The notes under the pieces: model-generated | The model's input: only the letters and a program-made list of their open reading frames with translations | What the model was told of the DNA's origin: nothing | The model's database searches: none | NCBI GenBank assembly: GCA_951406725.2 | Contig: OX597830.1 | Coordinates: 61,752,001 to 61,816,000 of the forward strand | Direction: 5' to 3' | Source: Octopus vulgaris | Taxonomy: Eukaryota | Length of the DNA: 64,000 bases | Program-made: the position numbers and the translations under genes | Shown: in pieces, positions 40,045 to 52,938 of the stretch | Position numbering within the stretch: position 1 is the first letter of the stretch | Layout: every line of letters starts with the position of its first letter

Positions 40045-40658
40045 TATATATAGATATACACTCACATACATACATACATACATACATACATACATACATA
40101 CATACACATATGTGTATGCATGTATTTGTATCTTTTTTATATATTCTATCCATTTATTTTTATATTTACTTAACCGTCTTATTCATATCCTAATAAGGAC
40201 AATTTGATTAATTTCGAAATATGTGTTAATCTTTTCGATACTTTAGATCTCCTGTTTGACCTTTATAATAATTATTTGAGAACTGATTTTAAATGTCTGT
40301 CTGTCTGTCTCATCAAAAGCAGTCATCACCTGTCATAAAGACACCAAGTAGTACCAACTTGTATTAACGGAAGTTTCATTTAAATGAAACGTTTAATTAT
40401 AAGTAGATATAAGCGGCGATTGTCACAAAGGTAAAATTTCTTTGGATCAAGTGTACATATAGATTAGATTTGACTTCTTTTAAACATTAAAAGCAATGCA
40501 AAGTAATTTACATAATAAAGGAAAACAGAACTGGTATGCATTCCGTGTCGGTATTTACATTTCTTTTTTTAAGTTCACTCTTTAAACATTGTAGTACCAC
40601 AGGAACATATGACTCGTGGAAGCCACTGAGCTTTTCGACAGATTAAAAGAGATGAGGT

Positions 40659-40745
40659 TATAAAAATGACGGCAAATTTATACCTAAGCATTTCAACTTT
40701 TCAAAATAACATTCACATTTACTGAGCAGAAAAATCCAAATTGAG
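40659..40745 (+). promoter_or_regulatory. Candidate TATA box and non-coding first exon of the chitin-binding gene
   Basis: TATAAAA at 40659, Inr-like GCATTT about 30 nt downstream, strong donor GAG|GTAAGA at 40746. The ATG exon has an acceptor just upstream, so a 5' exon is required. Confidence 0.5.
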
Positions 40746-41027
40746 GTAAGATCTAATATTATATATTAAGAACTAATTTGTTATGTTTGTGTATGTTTGT
40801 ACTTTTTTTCCTTTAATTCGTTTAGAGGTTTCAATGATTGAACTGCAACCATAGTGGAACAGTGCTTCAGAGGGTTTTATGTTATCGAATTGCATTTATC
40901 ATACCAAGGTTCACTTGAGTAACATAACACAAATAATTTTTGTTCGACACTCAGATACATACACAACCACATACGCACATGCATTCGTAAGTACGCAAGT
41001 ATATGATAATTGATATATATATATATA

Positions 41028-41701
41028 TATACAAAAATTCAATAATTATAAGCATAATTATAATTAGCGTTCAGCAAATTGCTTCACCACATACCGAAAT
41101 TTAGAAATCCTAGTTAAATACTATTCCTCTACCATAAGATATCTCCCAGATAGCAATACTCTCAATTCACGTAGGTAAAGAGAAAAAAATATCGAATCCA
41201 CTCGGCTTTGATCAACCACATACGCGTTTCTGGATTAAAGAGATGTAAAATTTTTATTTTTTACTCACTTATTTCCGTCTTCTGTGTAGTATTTCAATTG
41301 TAAATTTAAGAGTACTAATAATTAAATACGCATTCGACCAAGCGACATCGAATAACTAATATCCAAAAACCAGCACTTCCGAATTTATACAGCCGAGTGA
41401 GAACACGCATTCTTCCCCAATCACCCATGTATGTTACGAGTAATCCCGCAGAAACTGCAGTTTACTATCAGGGAGTGAATTATATTTTCAATAATAATAA
41501 AGGGTAAAATTAATTAATTAATAATTAATAATTAATAATTAATAATTTTACCAAGTACTTCGGTGTGTAAAAAGAATCTTTATCGGTAACCTTATGGTAG
41601 AGGAATAGTATTTAACTGCTATTTCTAAATTTCGGTATGTGGTGAAGCAATTTGCTGAACCCTAATTATAATTATGCTTATAATTATAGTATTTTTGTAT
41701 A
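41028..41701. repeat. (TA)n-anchored unit with about 110-bp terminal inverted arms, related to 3050-3409
   Basis: 41028-41137 is the reverse complement of 41590-41701; shared core ACCACATACCGAAA(A)TTTAGAAAT. Confidence 0.85.
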
Positions 41702-42235
41702 AGGTTACCAAACAGCCAGTGGTGTCGTGGAAAGCTGGCGCGCTATATTCTGACAGGCTGCTTCTGTCGCTAAAATTTAATTTATACACAGCGCACTAGC
41801 GTTCCGCGACACCACTAGCTGTTCGGCTAGTATCAGTCTATATCGGTTTGACTGATTTTCTGTCTGGCATTCAGCTTGGCTAGATGTCACTAATGATCCA
41901 TGGTGCAGTGAAATCATGCAGTGTCATCCTCCGGTGTACTGATGGAATTTTGTCGAGCGTTAATAGAATTTCGATGTTCTTTAGCATTTGTCGGCTACAA
42001 GAAATGATTTTTCAAGGTGTTTACAGAAGTCTAAGACGTTATAAACAACACACCCAAGTTAGGTTGGATGTACTAATCAATATTTGTAATAAAGAGGGGA
42101 AAGAGTTATAAAAAAATTGTGTGCATATGTTTATATACGCGGGTATTTGTGTATGTGCATACATAAATGTGAGAAATAATCAGCGTAAATGTTCCAGCTC
42201 TGTGTAAATAAAAATCATTATTTTTTTTTTCCAGA

Positions 42236-42305
42236 ATGATTGCGAAGATTGCCAATCTTTTAATATTGTTATTTCTGCTAATGGGAGCCTCATCCACTGA
42301 TGCAC
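42236..42305 (+). CDS. Signal-peptide exon of a small secreted chitin-binding protein
   Basis: T-tract ccAG acceptor at 42233-4; MIAKIANLLILLFLLMGASSTDA; canonical donor C|GTGAGT in phase 1. Confidence 0.85.
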
Positions 42306-42798
42306 GTGAGTCGGAAATTATCCTTTTAATATTTTCTTCAATAACCATGGCCACTTTATTTCAAATAGAAACTTTCCGACTAAATTTAATAAATTACTTC
42401 TTGATATCAGAATATTTAAAGAAATGGTGAAATTTGAACTAAGACTGCAGCTCGTTAAAACTATAAGCATAATACAAAAAAAACTATTTGCCACAATAAT
42501 CTTTTCTACTATAGGCACAAGGCCTGATATTTGGTGGGAGGGGGTTAAGTCAACCCAACCCCCACCCCGCCCCACCCAGTGCTCAACTTGTACTTAATTT
42601 ATCGACTTCGAAATGATGAAAGGCAAAGTCGATCCCGGCAGAAATATTCGCCACAATAATGACGTTGTATCTGAGCCAGAAACTACTATTATAGAGTAAT
42701 ACTAAAATACTTCATTCCATTACCTTTTATTTAAATGTTAAGTCATCCTCGTTCCAGCATTCAAACTGAGGCTCTATATTTAAGAGTAAATGTGTATA

Positions 42799-43090
42799 GT
42801 GGAGGCGCAATAGCCCAGTGGTTAGGGCAGCGGACTCGCAGTCGTGGGATCGCAGTTTCGAGGCTCCGGCAGAGAGTGGTGGCGAACCCTGCTGCACTCT
42901 TTCACCACAGCTTTCTCTCGCTGTTTCTGTTGTACCTGTATTTCAAGTGTCTCACTGAATCTCCCGAGAACTACGTTAAGAGTACACGTGTCTGTGGAGT
43001 GCTCAGCCACTTGCATGTTAATTTCACGAGCAGGTTGTTCCGTTGATCGGATCAACTGGAACCCTCGTCGTCGTAACCGACTGAGTGCCA
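42799..43090 (+). mobile_element. SINE family C, internally deleted
   Basis: Matches 46242-46626. Confidence 0.85.
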
Positions 43091-43159
43091 CGAAATGTAT
43101 ATACGTGCGCGGGCACACACACAGGCACGCACAGACACACACACACACACATATATGTG

Positions 43160-43199
<40 letters not shown>

Positions 43200-43209
<10 letters not shown>

Positions 43210-44215
43210 AATATGTAATGGTGTCTGTCTGTGTGTGTGTGTTTGGGGTTCATCCAACCGATTTTAATGATTTTTGGTACATAGGTAGATCACATGCCCT
43301 AAAGTTCAAATAAGGCCGGAATTTTTCGAAAACTTGATAATGCTCAGTTTGTATCGATTTTGTGAGCTCAATCGGGCGTTTTAATGGAAATTCCCATAAC
43401 GATGTTATTTTTCCTGTAGCTTTTTGTATGTTTTGTCCGATTTTGATGAAAATCGATCAGTGAGCGAGGCTCATGGCAGTGAGTTGATGTCAGTACATGG
43501 TGTTGACAAAATATCGATAATTACGGCTTAGCAGTGGTTTTATAAAATCAATAGGCTTTTTGCGTGCAAAATACCCATTTGCATTTTATTTGTGGCCATA
43601 ACTTTTTTAGTCTGAGATGTAGGTAAATTTTCTGGTGAGGGAGACGATAAAGATTGTTATTTAATTCAAAAGGGCTTGAAAAGGGCACAAATGCAAATAA
43701 ACATTTCCTTAGAGACATTCTAATCGATTTTGTAGAAATTTTACACGTGATTACAGCTCATGTCCATTAGCTGATCCCAGCATGAAGAGTTAACAAAAAA
43801 TCGATAACTGCACGTGAGCGGGAGATTTTAAGAAATCAATAGGCTTTTTGTATGCAATTACCCATAGGATTAATATTTTATGCTGTAGCTTTACAGAATT
43901 CATCCAATTTTGATAAAATTTAGCATTTAGGTAAACTTTGTGGTCGGAGTCATGTAGTAGGAATTAAAATTAAACTGGTGAAAAGCAGGAATCGTCAAAA
44001 TTCACTCACAATAAAATAATGAACTGATTTTGAAGAAAATTGACCCATGAGTAAAATTAAGCACTTCGACATATGAAACATCGATTATTCATAAAATGTA
44101 TTGGAATGGAATTTAAAAGTCAATGGAATATTTTCATGTAAATGCTCACATGGATTCTATTTCATGACATAACCTTAACATTTTTCTTCAGATTTTGCTG
44201 AGATTGGATACGCTG
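43200..44215 (+). repeat. Degenerate internally repetitive element (possibly non-autonomous Helitron-like)
   Basis: Recurring CCGATTTT(G/A)ATGA motif at about 43258, 43438, 43725, 43905, 44025 and 44190; 43500-43577 resembles 43790-43866. Confidence 0.45.
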
Positions 44216-44259
44216 ATTAATTTTGTACAGGGGGTGGCATTAATGGGAGAGAAATAAAC

Positions 44260-44850
44260 AAACATCACTCCCAACATCACTGGCTATTTGATTTATAGTC
44301 AATTGCCTGTCATCCATCACCATGTGGTGAACACGATCAATGTTTTCCTCGGTAGTCGCAGATGCAAGATGTCCAGGCCTCGGGTCATCTTCAAAACTCT
44401 CCCATCCGCTCCTAACCTCAGCTGCCCATTTTTACACTTTCGATAAAGGCGGCGAGCTGGCAGAATTGTTAGCACGCCGGGCGAAATGCTTTGCGGTATT
44501 TCGTCCGCCGCTGCGTTCTGAGTTCAAATTCCGCCGAGGTCGACTTTGCCTTTCATTCTTTCGGGGTCGATAAATTAAGTACTAGTTACGCACTGGGGTC
44601 GATGTAATCGACTTAATCCGTTTGTCTGTCCTTGTTTGTCCCCTCTGTGTTTAGCCCCTTGTGAGTAGTAAAGAGATACGTTTTTACACTTTCGATAAAG
44701 CTGGAGCGTCACCCTCAAATGTAGCAACCATGTCAGCATGAATATCCTTGGGACTTAAACCCTTTTTCTGCGGGTACTTTTTTGTCCATTTTCAAGAGAA
44801 GTCGCTACTAGTTAGATTTTTAAGTCTTCTTTGAACAGTTAGATGTCGGT

Positions 44851-44860
<10 letters not shown>
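44260..44860 (-). mobile_element. Mariner 5' relic interrupted by a SINE
   Basis: Minus strand reads FEDDPRPGHLASATTEENIDRVHHMVMDDRQLTINQIA, typical of the mariner HTH region. Confidence 0.75.
44449..44680 (+). mobile_element. SINE family B with 20-bp TSD
   Basis: TSD TTTTTACACTTTCGATAAAG at 44429-44448 and 44681-44700. Confidence 0.93.
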
Positions 44861-44889
<29 letters not shown>

Positions 44890-45566
44890 ACCAAAGTGCT
44901 ACAAATAATTTCGTGCTTCAGAGTTACAATATTTTGGCCGATTTATATAACACGCCATGTATCTCCAACCGATCTTTCGGAATCAGTGCCTTTCGTTAGA
45001 TGTATTTAAAAGCCAGGGCGCTGGTCTGTGAGAAAACATGAGAAAAACCTTTCATTTCAGTATCTAATGAAAAGTTGCTGAGTTAGTGCTCAGTTAGAAT
45101 GAAGAACTGTATTGGATTGTTCGGCAATCCAGATTCAAAGAGTCAGAATTTTCCATTTTTACGCATGGATAAATGGACTGATATCTTGAGCATTTAATAG
45201 GATTGTCGTTGCCAAGGTAGCTGGGGTTTTTTCTATATTGCTTTAAGTTTCATGACTTGTCCTCATGGTTGTTTAGTGACATCACTGTGATACTTGGTGT
45301 ACTGAGGTGACAGCAGAAAATGATGTACTAAGGCAAGAATTATTTCTTACCATTTCTTTTGCTGGATTCAGCATGGTTAAATAGATGTCATTTGGAATTT
45401 AATGAAATTAATGACTGAACAAACACAGACTTGTGTCACAAGAGCTAGATACCTAAACAGTAGAATGTGAGAAAATAATACATACACACACATACACACG
45501 CGCGTGCGCATGTGTGTAACAAAAAGGAAATGACAAAGGAATAAACGATTATCTTATGAACTTCAT

Positions 45567-45640
45567 TAGCTTACAGCTGTTTCCGCGGTTGGACTCATAG
45601 TTGAGTGCCTGAGTAACATCTTACAGTTTCATCAGAGCCT
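45567..45640 (-). ncRNA. Hammerhead-like motif with degenerate stem II
   Basis: Minus strand: GGCT-CTGATGA...GAAAC-AGCT-GTA-AGCT; canonical core, stems I and III intact. Confidence 0.55.
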
Positions 45641-46241
45641 CAAAGATGAAGTGCAATTTATTTGGAAGACTTATGGTATTTTCAAGTTAAAGGAAAGATG
45701 GTGACGCATTGTGCAACAAAAATGGTTCATATTTGGTTGATTAAAAATGTAATGGCAAGTATTTATTGACCTTTTCCTTTCCTTTAAAAATCGGCACGAA
45801 CTTTCGGGACAACCTAATACATACAAACAAGGACATAATCGCATATGTCTGCACTAGCACAAACGTAAGATTCCAAACGATTATAGTAAGCAGAAGAGAA
45901 AGAATCTGAAGGAAAAAGTCTTCCTTGCTGACGTTTCTCTGTTTCCGAATGGGAGATAATTGTGAAGAATCTGAGATGTGACCTTATTATGAAATAGAAG
46001 ATGGATTGAGAGACAACCTAAGCGTTCTAGTGGACATCAAGGAATTGATTCCGAGAGCAATCACCTAAACAGTACCTGTTTACATATTCATGAACTAAAT
46101 TGGAGTTTATAATTAATCGTTTCAACTTTTTTTTTATTTTTTATTTCCAGATATCAAATGTTTCAAATGGGAAATCTAAATTGTATACGAGAATACAGAT
46201 ATTTTAAGCAACAGCAATATAATGCATGTAGTTATGTAACT

Positions 46242-46626
46242 GTGGAGGCGCAATGGCCCAGTGGTTAGGGCAGCGGACTCGCGGTCGTAGGATCGCGGTT
46301 TCGATTCCCAGACCGCGCGTTGTGAGTGTTTATTGAGCGAAAACACCTAATGCTCCATGAGGCTCCGGCAGGGATGGTGGTGATCCTTGCTGTACTCTTT
46401 CACCACAACTTTCTCTCACTCTTACTTCCTGTTTCTGTTGTACCTGTATTTCAAAGGGCCGGCCTTGTCACTCTCTGTGTCACGCTGAATATCCCCGAGA
46501 ACTACGTTAAGGGTACACGTGTCTGTGGAGTGCTCAGCCACTTACACGTTAATTCCACGAGCAGGCTGTTCCGTTGATCGGATCAACCGGAACCCTCGTC
46601 GCCGTAACCGACGGAGTGCTTCCACC
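46242..46626 (+). mobile_element. SINE family C with 12-bp TSD
   Basis: TSD AGTTATGTAACT at 46230-46241 and 46627-46638; tRNA-like head. Confidence 0.93.
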
Positions 46627-46917
46627 AGTTATGTAACTAAGCAGAAAGCTATTTTCTATCAAAATCTACCTAAAGTTATTCCGTGATGAAATTCATCATA
46701 CATCAATATTTCACTTAGAATTATAACTCTTTGTGAGGAAATAAAAATACAATTCATGAATAAAATATTTTACTAATGCGCAATATATCTCGATTCACAA
46801 AGAAATAATTTGATGTTTAACATTTGTAAAACTTTTCACACAAACATTCCTGTTTTTTTTTTTTTAAATTTCATATTTGAAGTATAACATGTAAGATGAA
46901 AATTATTTTCAATTCAG

Positions 46918-47090
46918 AGGTGATATGTCGACAAATGGATGATTACATCCGAGACCCATCAGATTGCGGTGCTTTCTACCGATGTTTCAATGGCAGCCCA
47001 GTCAGGTTTGTTTGCCCCCGAAATATGCTTTTCAGTAGAAGCCGGAAACTTTGTGATTATGCCCGTAATGTCCAAGACTGCAATAATTAA
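46918..47090 (+). CDS. Chitin-binding type-2 (CBM14/peritrophin-A) domain exon
   Basis: ttttcaattcAG acceptor. (Q)VICRQMDDYIRDPSDCGAFYRCFNGSPVRFVCPRNMLFSRSRKLCDYARNVQDCNN*: six Cys spaced x12-x5-x9-x12-x8 with conserved aromatics; phase matches the signal exon. Confidence 0.92.
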
Positions 47091-47765
47091 CATCAAAAAG
47101 GTAAACTTTCTTTCTTATTTTAACTAATCACTCTGACATTTTTATCTTTAATATAAGTCTTTTTTTTTCTTTTTCTTTTTTATCGTTTGATTTGTCGTTA
47201 GCGCGTCGGACATGTTTAGCGGTTTTTCTTCCCTTTTGGGGTCGATAAAATAAGCACCACTGAACCCCCTCCCCCCCCCCCTACAATTGTTGGTCATGTG
47301 CTAAAATTTGAAACCATTATTATGGCTTACTTTGTAAGGCAGCGAGCTGGGCAAATCGTTAGCACACCGGGTGAAATGCTTAGCGGCATTTCGTCGAGGT
47401 CGACTTTGTCCTTTATCATTTCGGGGTCGATAAAATAAGTACCAGTTGAATATTAGGGTCGATCTAATCGATTATCCCCCTCCCTCAAATTTTCAGACTT
47501 TGTAGCTACAGTAGAAAGGATTATTATGGTTTGGTTTGAGCGATGTAGCTGGCAGAAGCAGTGCAAATTGTGGATCGATAAGTTCTGAGTTCAAATCCCA
47601 TCGATATCGACTTTGTTTCCCACTCTACTGCAGCTGCTATTGGTAGGTCTCTAGCTGTTGCCTTGATTGAAGTTATCGTTCCTGATATTGATGTTACTAT
47701 TGTTGGTTTGCCTCTTCTTGTTATTGTGCTTATTGTTGTTTCCTTTTTCTGATTGTGTTGTTTGC

Positions 47766-47995
47766 GCTGGTAGCAGAAACGTTAGCGCGCCGGGCGAAAT
47801 GCTTAGCAGTATTTCGTCTGCCGTTACGTTGTGAGTTCAAATTCCGCCGAGGTCGACTTTACCTTTCATCCTTTCGGGGTCGATAAATTAAGTACCAGTT
47901 ACGCACTGGGATCGATGTAATCGACTTAATACCTATGTCTGTCCTTGTTTGTCCCCTCTGTGTTTAGCCCCTTGTGGGTAGTAAAGAAATAGGTA
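47766..47995 (+). mobile_element. SINE family B (further fragments at 47200-47620)
   Basis: Matches 1874-2106. Confidence 0.88.
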
Positions 47996-48480
47996 TTATT
48001 ACTGCTGCTGCTATTTTCGTTGCTATTGCTTTTGTGGTTGTTGGTAAAAGAGTAAAAGAGTAAAGAGTAAAAGAGAGTATGGATCCATCCTGCAGACAAT
48101 AAGTATTTGAAATAGCTGCCATGGTTTCATCACTCTGCACACATCTATAATTGGCAATGTTAACTGTCATGCCACCTAGTCGCACTGCCAGGCCTAGAGC
48201 TTTTGGAAGTTACCCATAATGCCCAGTCTGAAAGCCAGACATATACAAAGACACATGCTTGCCTGTATCCATGTACTTTCATACACTCACTCACCCATAT
48301 ATGTACAAATAAATTGGACATACTTTTTTCTGTTTTGCACATTATTTTGAACAGTTCCAAATACTAAACTATGGGATTTCCAGGAAATTATGGATACTGT
48401 ATCTACTAAAACTGAACATATTGACTTAAAATGAGATATTTTGGTAATTTACTTCTTTTTTTGTTATTTTGTTATTGTAG

Positions 48481-48720
48481 GAAATTGCTGAAAACTTTTA
48501 CTGACAAATGAAATTAAAGAGAACTGAATATAGGAAAGAAAATACTTTAAACTATCCTCTAATGAAAATCAATCCAAAATAGGGCTTGTTTTCTTCTCAC
48601 TCCAGAGGGTCAAAAACACTTTGAAAATATGCAAATATAATACTTAAACAAATAAAATACTTAAACTTGTCTACTGTTAGCTAACAGTGACATGAATAAA
48701 TGTTGTAATTTTTAATGGTA
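48481..48720 (+). other. Probable terminal 3'-UTR exon of the chitin-binding gene
   Basis: Donor AAG|GTAAAC at 47101, 10 nt after the stop; pyrimidine-rich acceptor ttattgtAG at 48479-80; AATAAA at about 48650 and 48695. Confidence 0.55.
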
Positions 48721-48932
48721 TTTCAACTTTAAATTTAAGGTTTAAAGAAAACTATAATTTCAATGATAGATAATTAAAAGAAATGTACTTTGTTCCTTCT
48801 GGTTGTTTCATTCTTTTCTTTTATTGATTTATTCGTTTGTTTTTGGTATTTTTTTTATCCTGTTTTTGCCCAAATCCTACCTGTGGATTAATTACCTGAA
48901 TATAATTTCCACGCATATTAACCACGACACAA

Positions 48933-49148
48933 TACTCTTTACTCTTTTACTTGTTTCAGTCATTTGACTGCGGCCATGCTGGAGCACCGCCTTTAGTCAA
49001 GCAAATCGACCCCGGGACTTATTCTTTGTAAGCCCAGTACTTATTCTATCGGTCTCTTTTGCCGAACCGCTAAGTAACAGGGATGTAAACACACCGGCAT
49101 CGGTTGTCAAGCAATGCTAGGGGGACAAACACAGACACACAAACATAT

Positions 49149-49198
<50 letters not shown>

Positions 49199-49361
49199 GA
49201 AAGGCTTCTTTCAGTTTCCGTCTACCAAATCCACTCACTAGGCTTTGGTCGGCCTGAGGCCATAGTAGAAGAAACTTGCCCAAGACGCCACGCAGTGGGA
49301 CTGAACCCGAAACCATGTGGTTGGTAAGCAAGCTACTTACCACACAGACACTCATGCGCCT
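48933..49361 (-). mobile_element. SINE family A
   Basis: Full-length copy. Confidence 0.9.
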
Positions 49362-49789
49362 ATGATACTTTTGTTATTAAATCCACAAACCTGGTATCAT
49401 CACATAAATGGTTTTACACTAATAATAGTTTGCTTTTATGTTTTTCATATTAAGAGCTTTGGTAATTAAGAAGTGATCAATTTCTTTGGAACATCAGCAA
49501 TAAGAATCTAGAAAGATCAAGTTTGTCTGAAGATTCCTCATTTTTATCTGCCAAATATTCTGTTGCTCTTTTGCTGGTTATAATTTTATAGCAACATTAA
49601 ATATGTGCATATTAAAGATATTCATCGTTTAACGTCCGTTTTCCATGCTATCATGGGTTGGACGGTTCAACTGGAGTCTGGGAAGCCAGAAGGCTGCGCC
49701 AGGCCCAGTCTGATCTGGCAGTGTTTCTACAGCTGGATGCCCTTCCTAACACCAACCACTCATATCATATTATATAGGATTTTTAATAT

Positions 49790-51480
49790 ACCTGTGCAAA
49801 TGGGTGGTAGAACGCTTGTGCTTAGTTATTCTGGGAAGAAGGTAGCATGAAGGTGCCACTGTCAAGGTTTGCTGGGTGTGGAGAATGCATAAGAGAGGGA
49901 AGGTCTTTCTGATGTGGACCCAGCTGAGGAACTGGCCATCAGAGATGATAGCAGTAGACAGACAGAGGAGGACTCCTGGACCATCATAAGTCACTGCTGA
50001 GATGCTTGGAATATCTGGTGGAGTAAGATACAACCTAGTCGCTCATATAATAGATCAAGTCATGTAGGAGGGTGTCATCCCAAATGACTGGTGTAGCAGC
50101 ATTATGATTACTGCTGCAGAATTGGGGGGGGGGTCCTTGAATAGAAGCAGAAGTGCAAGATTTTGGACCAGATCATGGGGTTTACAAGAGAGTTAAGGCT
50201 CCATTAATTGGGAACAGAGTTGGACTGGAAAGGGTGCAGTTTGGCTTTGCACCAAGTAGGAGTACTGAAAATGCCCTCTTTCTAGTGGAACAGCTGCAGG
50301 AGAGGTATCTAGCTAAGGACAAATCATTGTACTTGACTTTTCATCAATCTGGAAGTTCCTCAATTTGTTAACTGGTGATCTGTAAGGAAATTAGGAGTGG
50401 AAATTGTTGGAGACGTACAAGCCTTGTGTAGGGGTGCTGTCCATGGGGTGAGAGTCAACCTTGAGTACAGTGATGAATTTGGTGTGCAGGTGGGAGTTCG
50501 TCAGGGATCAGTTGTCAGTCCTCTCTTATTCATTATGGTCCTCTAGGCCATGTCAGAGGAATTTGAGACCAGCTGCCCATGGAAGCTGCTATATGCTGAT
50601 GACCTTGCTCTTGTAGCAGTGTCTATAGTGGAATTGAAGAGGTGGTTCTGGGTGTGGAAGCAAAATCTGGAATCAGGGTGCCTTAGAGTTAACCTACCAA
50701 AGTTGTAATTGGCAAGGAAGGAGACAAGACTCTCTTTTCATTAGGCAAATGGCCCTGTTCAATATGTAAGGACAGTGTTGAAAGGAATAGATGTGTGGGA
50801 GGTGGAGTGGAATCACTGTTGGGTAGGCAGAGAGGTCCACTTTTGTGTGAGGAGTTTCACAAGAGCATTAGGCACTGGAGATGCATGGCAATTGAATTTT
50901 CTCAAATGCTCAGAGGAAGGAGTCCCTAAAGGTTGTAGAGTGTTTCTGTTTCTTTGGTAACTGGATTGACAATGGAGGAGGATGTTCTTAGGATATAGTT
51001 GCTAGAATGGGAATAGAGTGAAGAAGGCTGAGAGAGCTGTTATTTCAGTTGGCAGCAGGAGGCCTTTCTCAGTGTGAAGGGCAGACTGTGTGATGTTTGT
51101 GTACAGATGGCTATGCTCCATGGTGGAGAGATGTGGTCCCTCAATGTTAAGGATATGCCAGAACTGAGGAGGACTGTGGCTCGCACACTCCAATAGATGT
51201 GTGAATGTATTGAAAGAGGAGTTGAACATGGGAGGAAATAGATGTGACATGCAAGAGGGAGGACTATGATGGCTTGAATATGTGATGTGTATGAGTGAGG
51301 ACAGTTGTATAAAGAAATGCCAATCATTTAAAGTGGATGGAGCTTCCAGAAAAGAGTAGCCCATGAGGACATGGAATAAGGTGCTGAGAGCCAATCTCAG
51401 GATGTTGAGCCTCAAATATGACAGTGGACTGGGATGTCTGGTGATATGAGGTTCCTAAGAAGACCCGTCCACATCTGGAA
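49790..51480 (+). pseudogene. Degenerate RTE-clade LINE reverse transcriptase
   Basis: VQFGFAPSRSTENALFLVEQLQERYLAKDK, VGVRQGSVVSPLLFIMVL, KLLYADDL; many stops. Confidence 0.85.
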
Positions 51481-51719
51481 GTGTTGTGTATTCCATTCAC
51501 ATGTAGCATTAATTCACACACCCCACCCCAGTGAACCAAACTACATCTACAAGGGACAAGGTAGTTAATTTTCAATTCAACTAAGTAGTATCTCCTTTGG
51601 TAGATAAAGATCTTAAAGAATTTCAGCATTATTGTTCAGACTGTGACGCCTTCAGATATAAGAATGTACGCACTAGGCCCTAGGAATACCATTCCAATCA
51701 TAGGTTATAAAATGATCTG

Positions 51720-51891
51720 AGGCGCAGGAGTGGCTGTGTGGTAAGTAGTTTGCCTACGAACCACATGGTTTCGGGTTCAGTCCCACTGCGTGGCACCTTG
51801 GCCAAGTGTCTTCTACTATAGTCTTGGGCCGACCAAAGCCTTGTGAGTGGATTTGGTAGACGGAAACTGAAAGAAGCCCGTCGTATATATG

Positions 51892-51938
<47 letters not shown>

Positions 51939-52126
51939 TTGTGTGTCTGTGTTTGTCCCCACCAGCATTACTTGACAACTGATGCTGGTGTGTTTACGTC
52001 CCCGTTACTTAGTATTGCGGCAAAAGAGACCGATAGAATAAGTACTAGGCTTACAAAGAATAAGACCTGGGGTCGATTTGCTCCAGCATGGCCGCAGTCA
52101 AATGACTGAAACAAGTAAAAGAGTAA
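51720..52126 (+). mobile_element. SINE family A
   Basis: Full-length copy. Confidence 0.9.
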
Positions 52127-52552
52127 ATAGTTACGCTGTTCAAATACAGTCTAGAACACAGTTGGTGGAAGCGAAGTGTCTGAAGGGAGATAAAGCCCCT
52201 TAAAATAACATTTCCGTCGATCAGAATAGAGTTATTTCCCTTGATCTACTTTCGCAAAATAAACTAGCGTCAGCCAACTTCACCTAATGTTAACAACCTA
52301 ATCCCAACGTGTCTTGTTCTTATTTGCCTTCAAACAGTTCTTTTATCTGAGTCAGTTTGAGTAGGAACAACTACGTTTCGGAATTCAGCCATCATACAAC
52401 ATTCATGTACAGAGAAAACCTCAAGCCAAGCGTAAGATTCCGAAATAACATAACGTAGAATTCATATATCCTAAGCAAGCTTAGAAAACAAACCAAAATA
52501 CAATATGATATATATACATATATATATTATTATTATTATTATCGTTTATCTC

Positions 52553-52790
52553 ATTTTAGTCGTTAGACTGCAGCCATGCTGGAGCATCGCCTTGAAGATT
52601 TTCTAGTCGAATGAATGGACCCCAGGACTTATTATTTTAAGCCCCGCTAAGTTACGTGGATGTATACACACCAACACCGGTTGCCAAGCGGTAGTGGGAC
52701 ACACACACACACACACACACACATCGGGTTTCCTTCAGTTTCTGTGTATGAAATCCACTCAAATGACATTGGTCGACCTGGATGCGCAAT
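52553..52790 (-). mobile_element. SINE family A, diverged partial
   Basis: Tail half of family A. Confidence 0.7.
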
Positions 52791-52938
52791 TTTTTTTCCC
52801 ACGAGGGTTCTGGATCCCAATAATGAACTCATTTGCATATAGCCAATCCAAGCAGAGCCACCTATATCCTTTCAATTCAGCACCGTGAATTCTGTCAGAC
52901 AACAACCTTTTGTCACTGTCGAAAAAATATTTCGCCAT

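Noticed and set aside
46242-46320. tRNA genes at SINE heads
   Set aside because: They are tRNA-derived SINE 5' regions with TSD-flanked bodies, not cloverleaf tRNAs.
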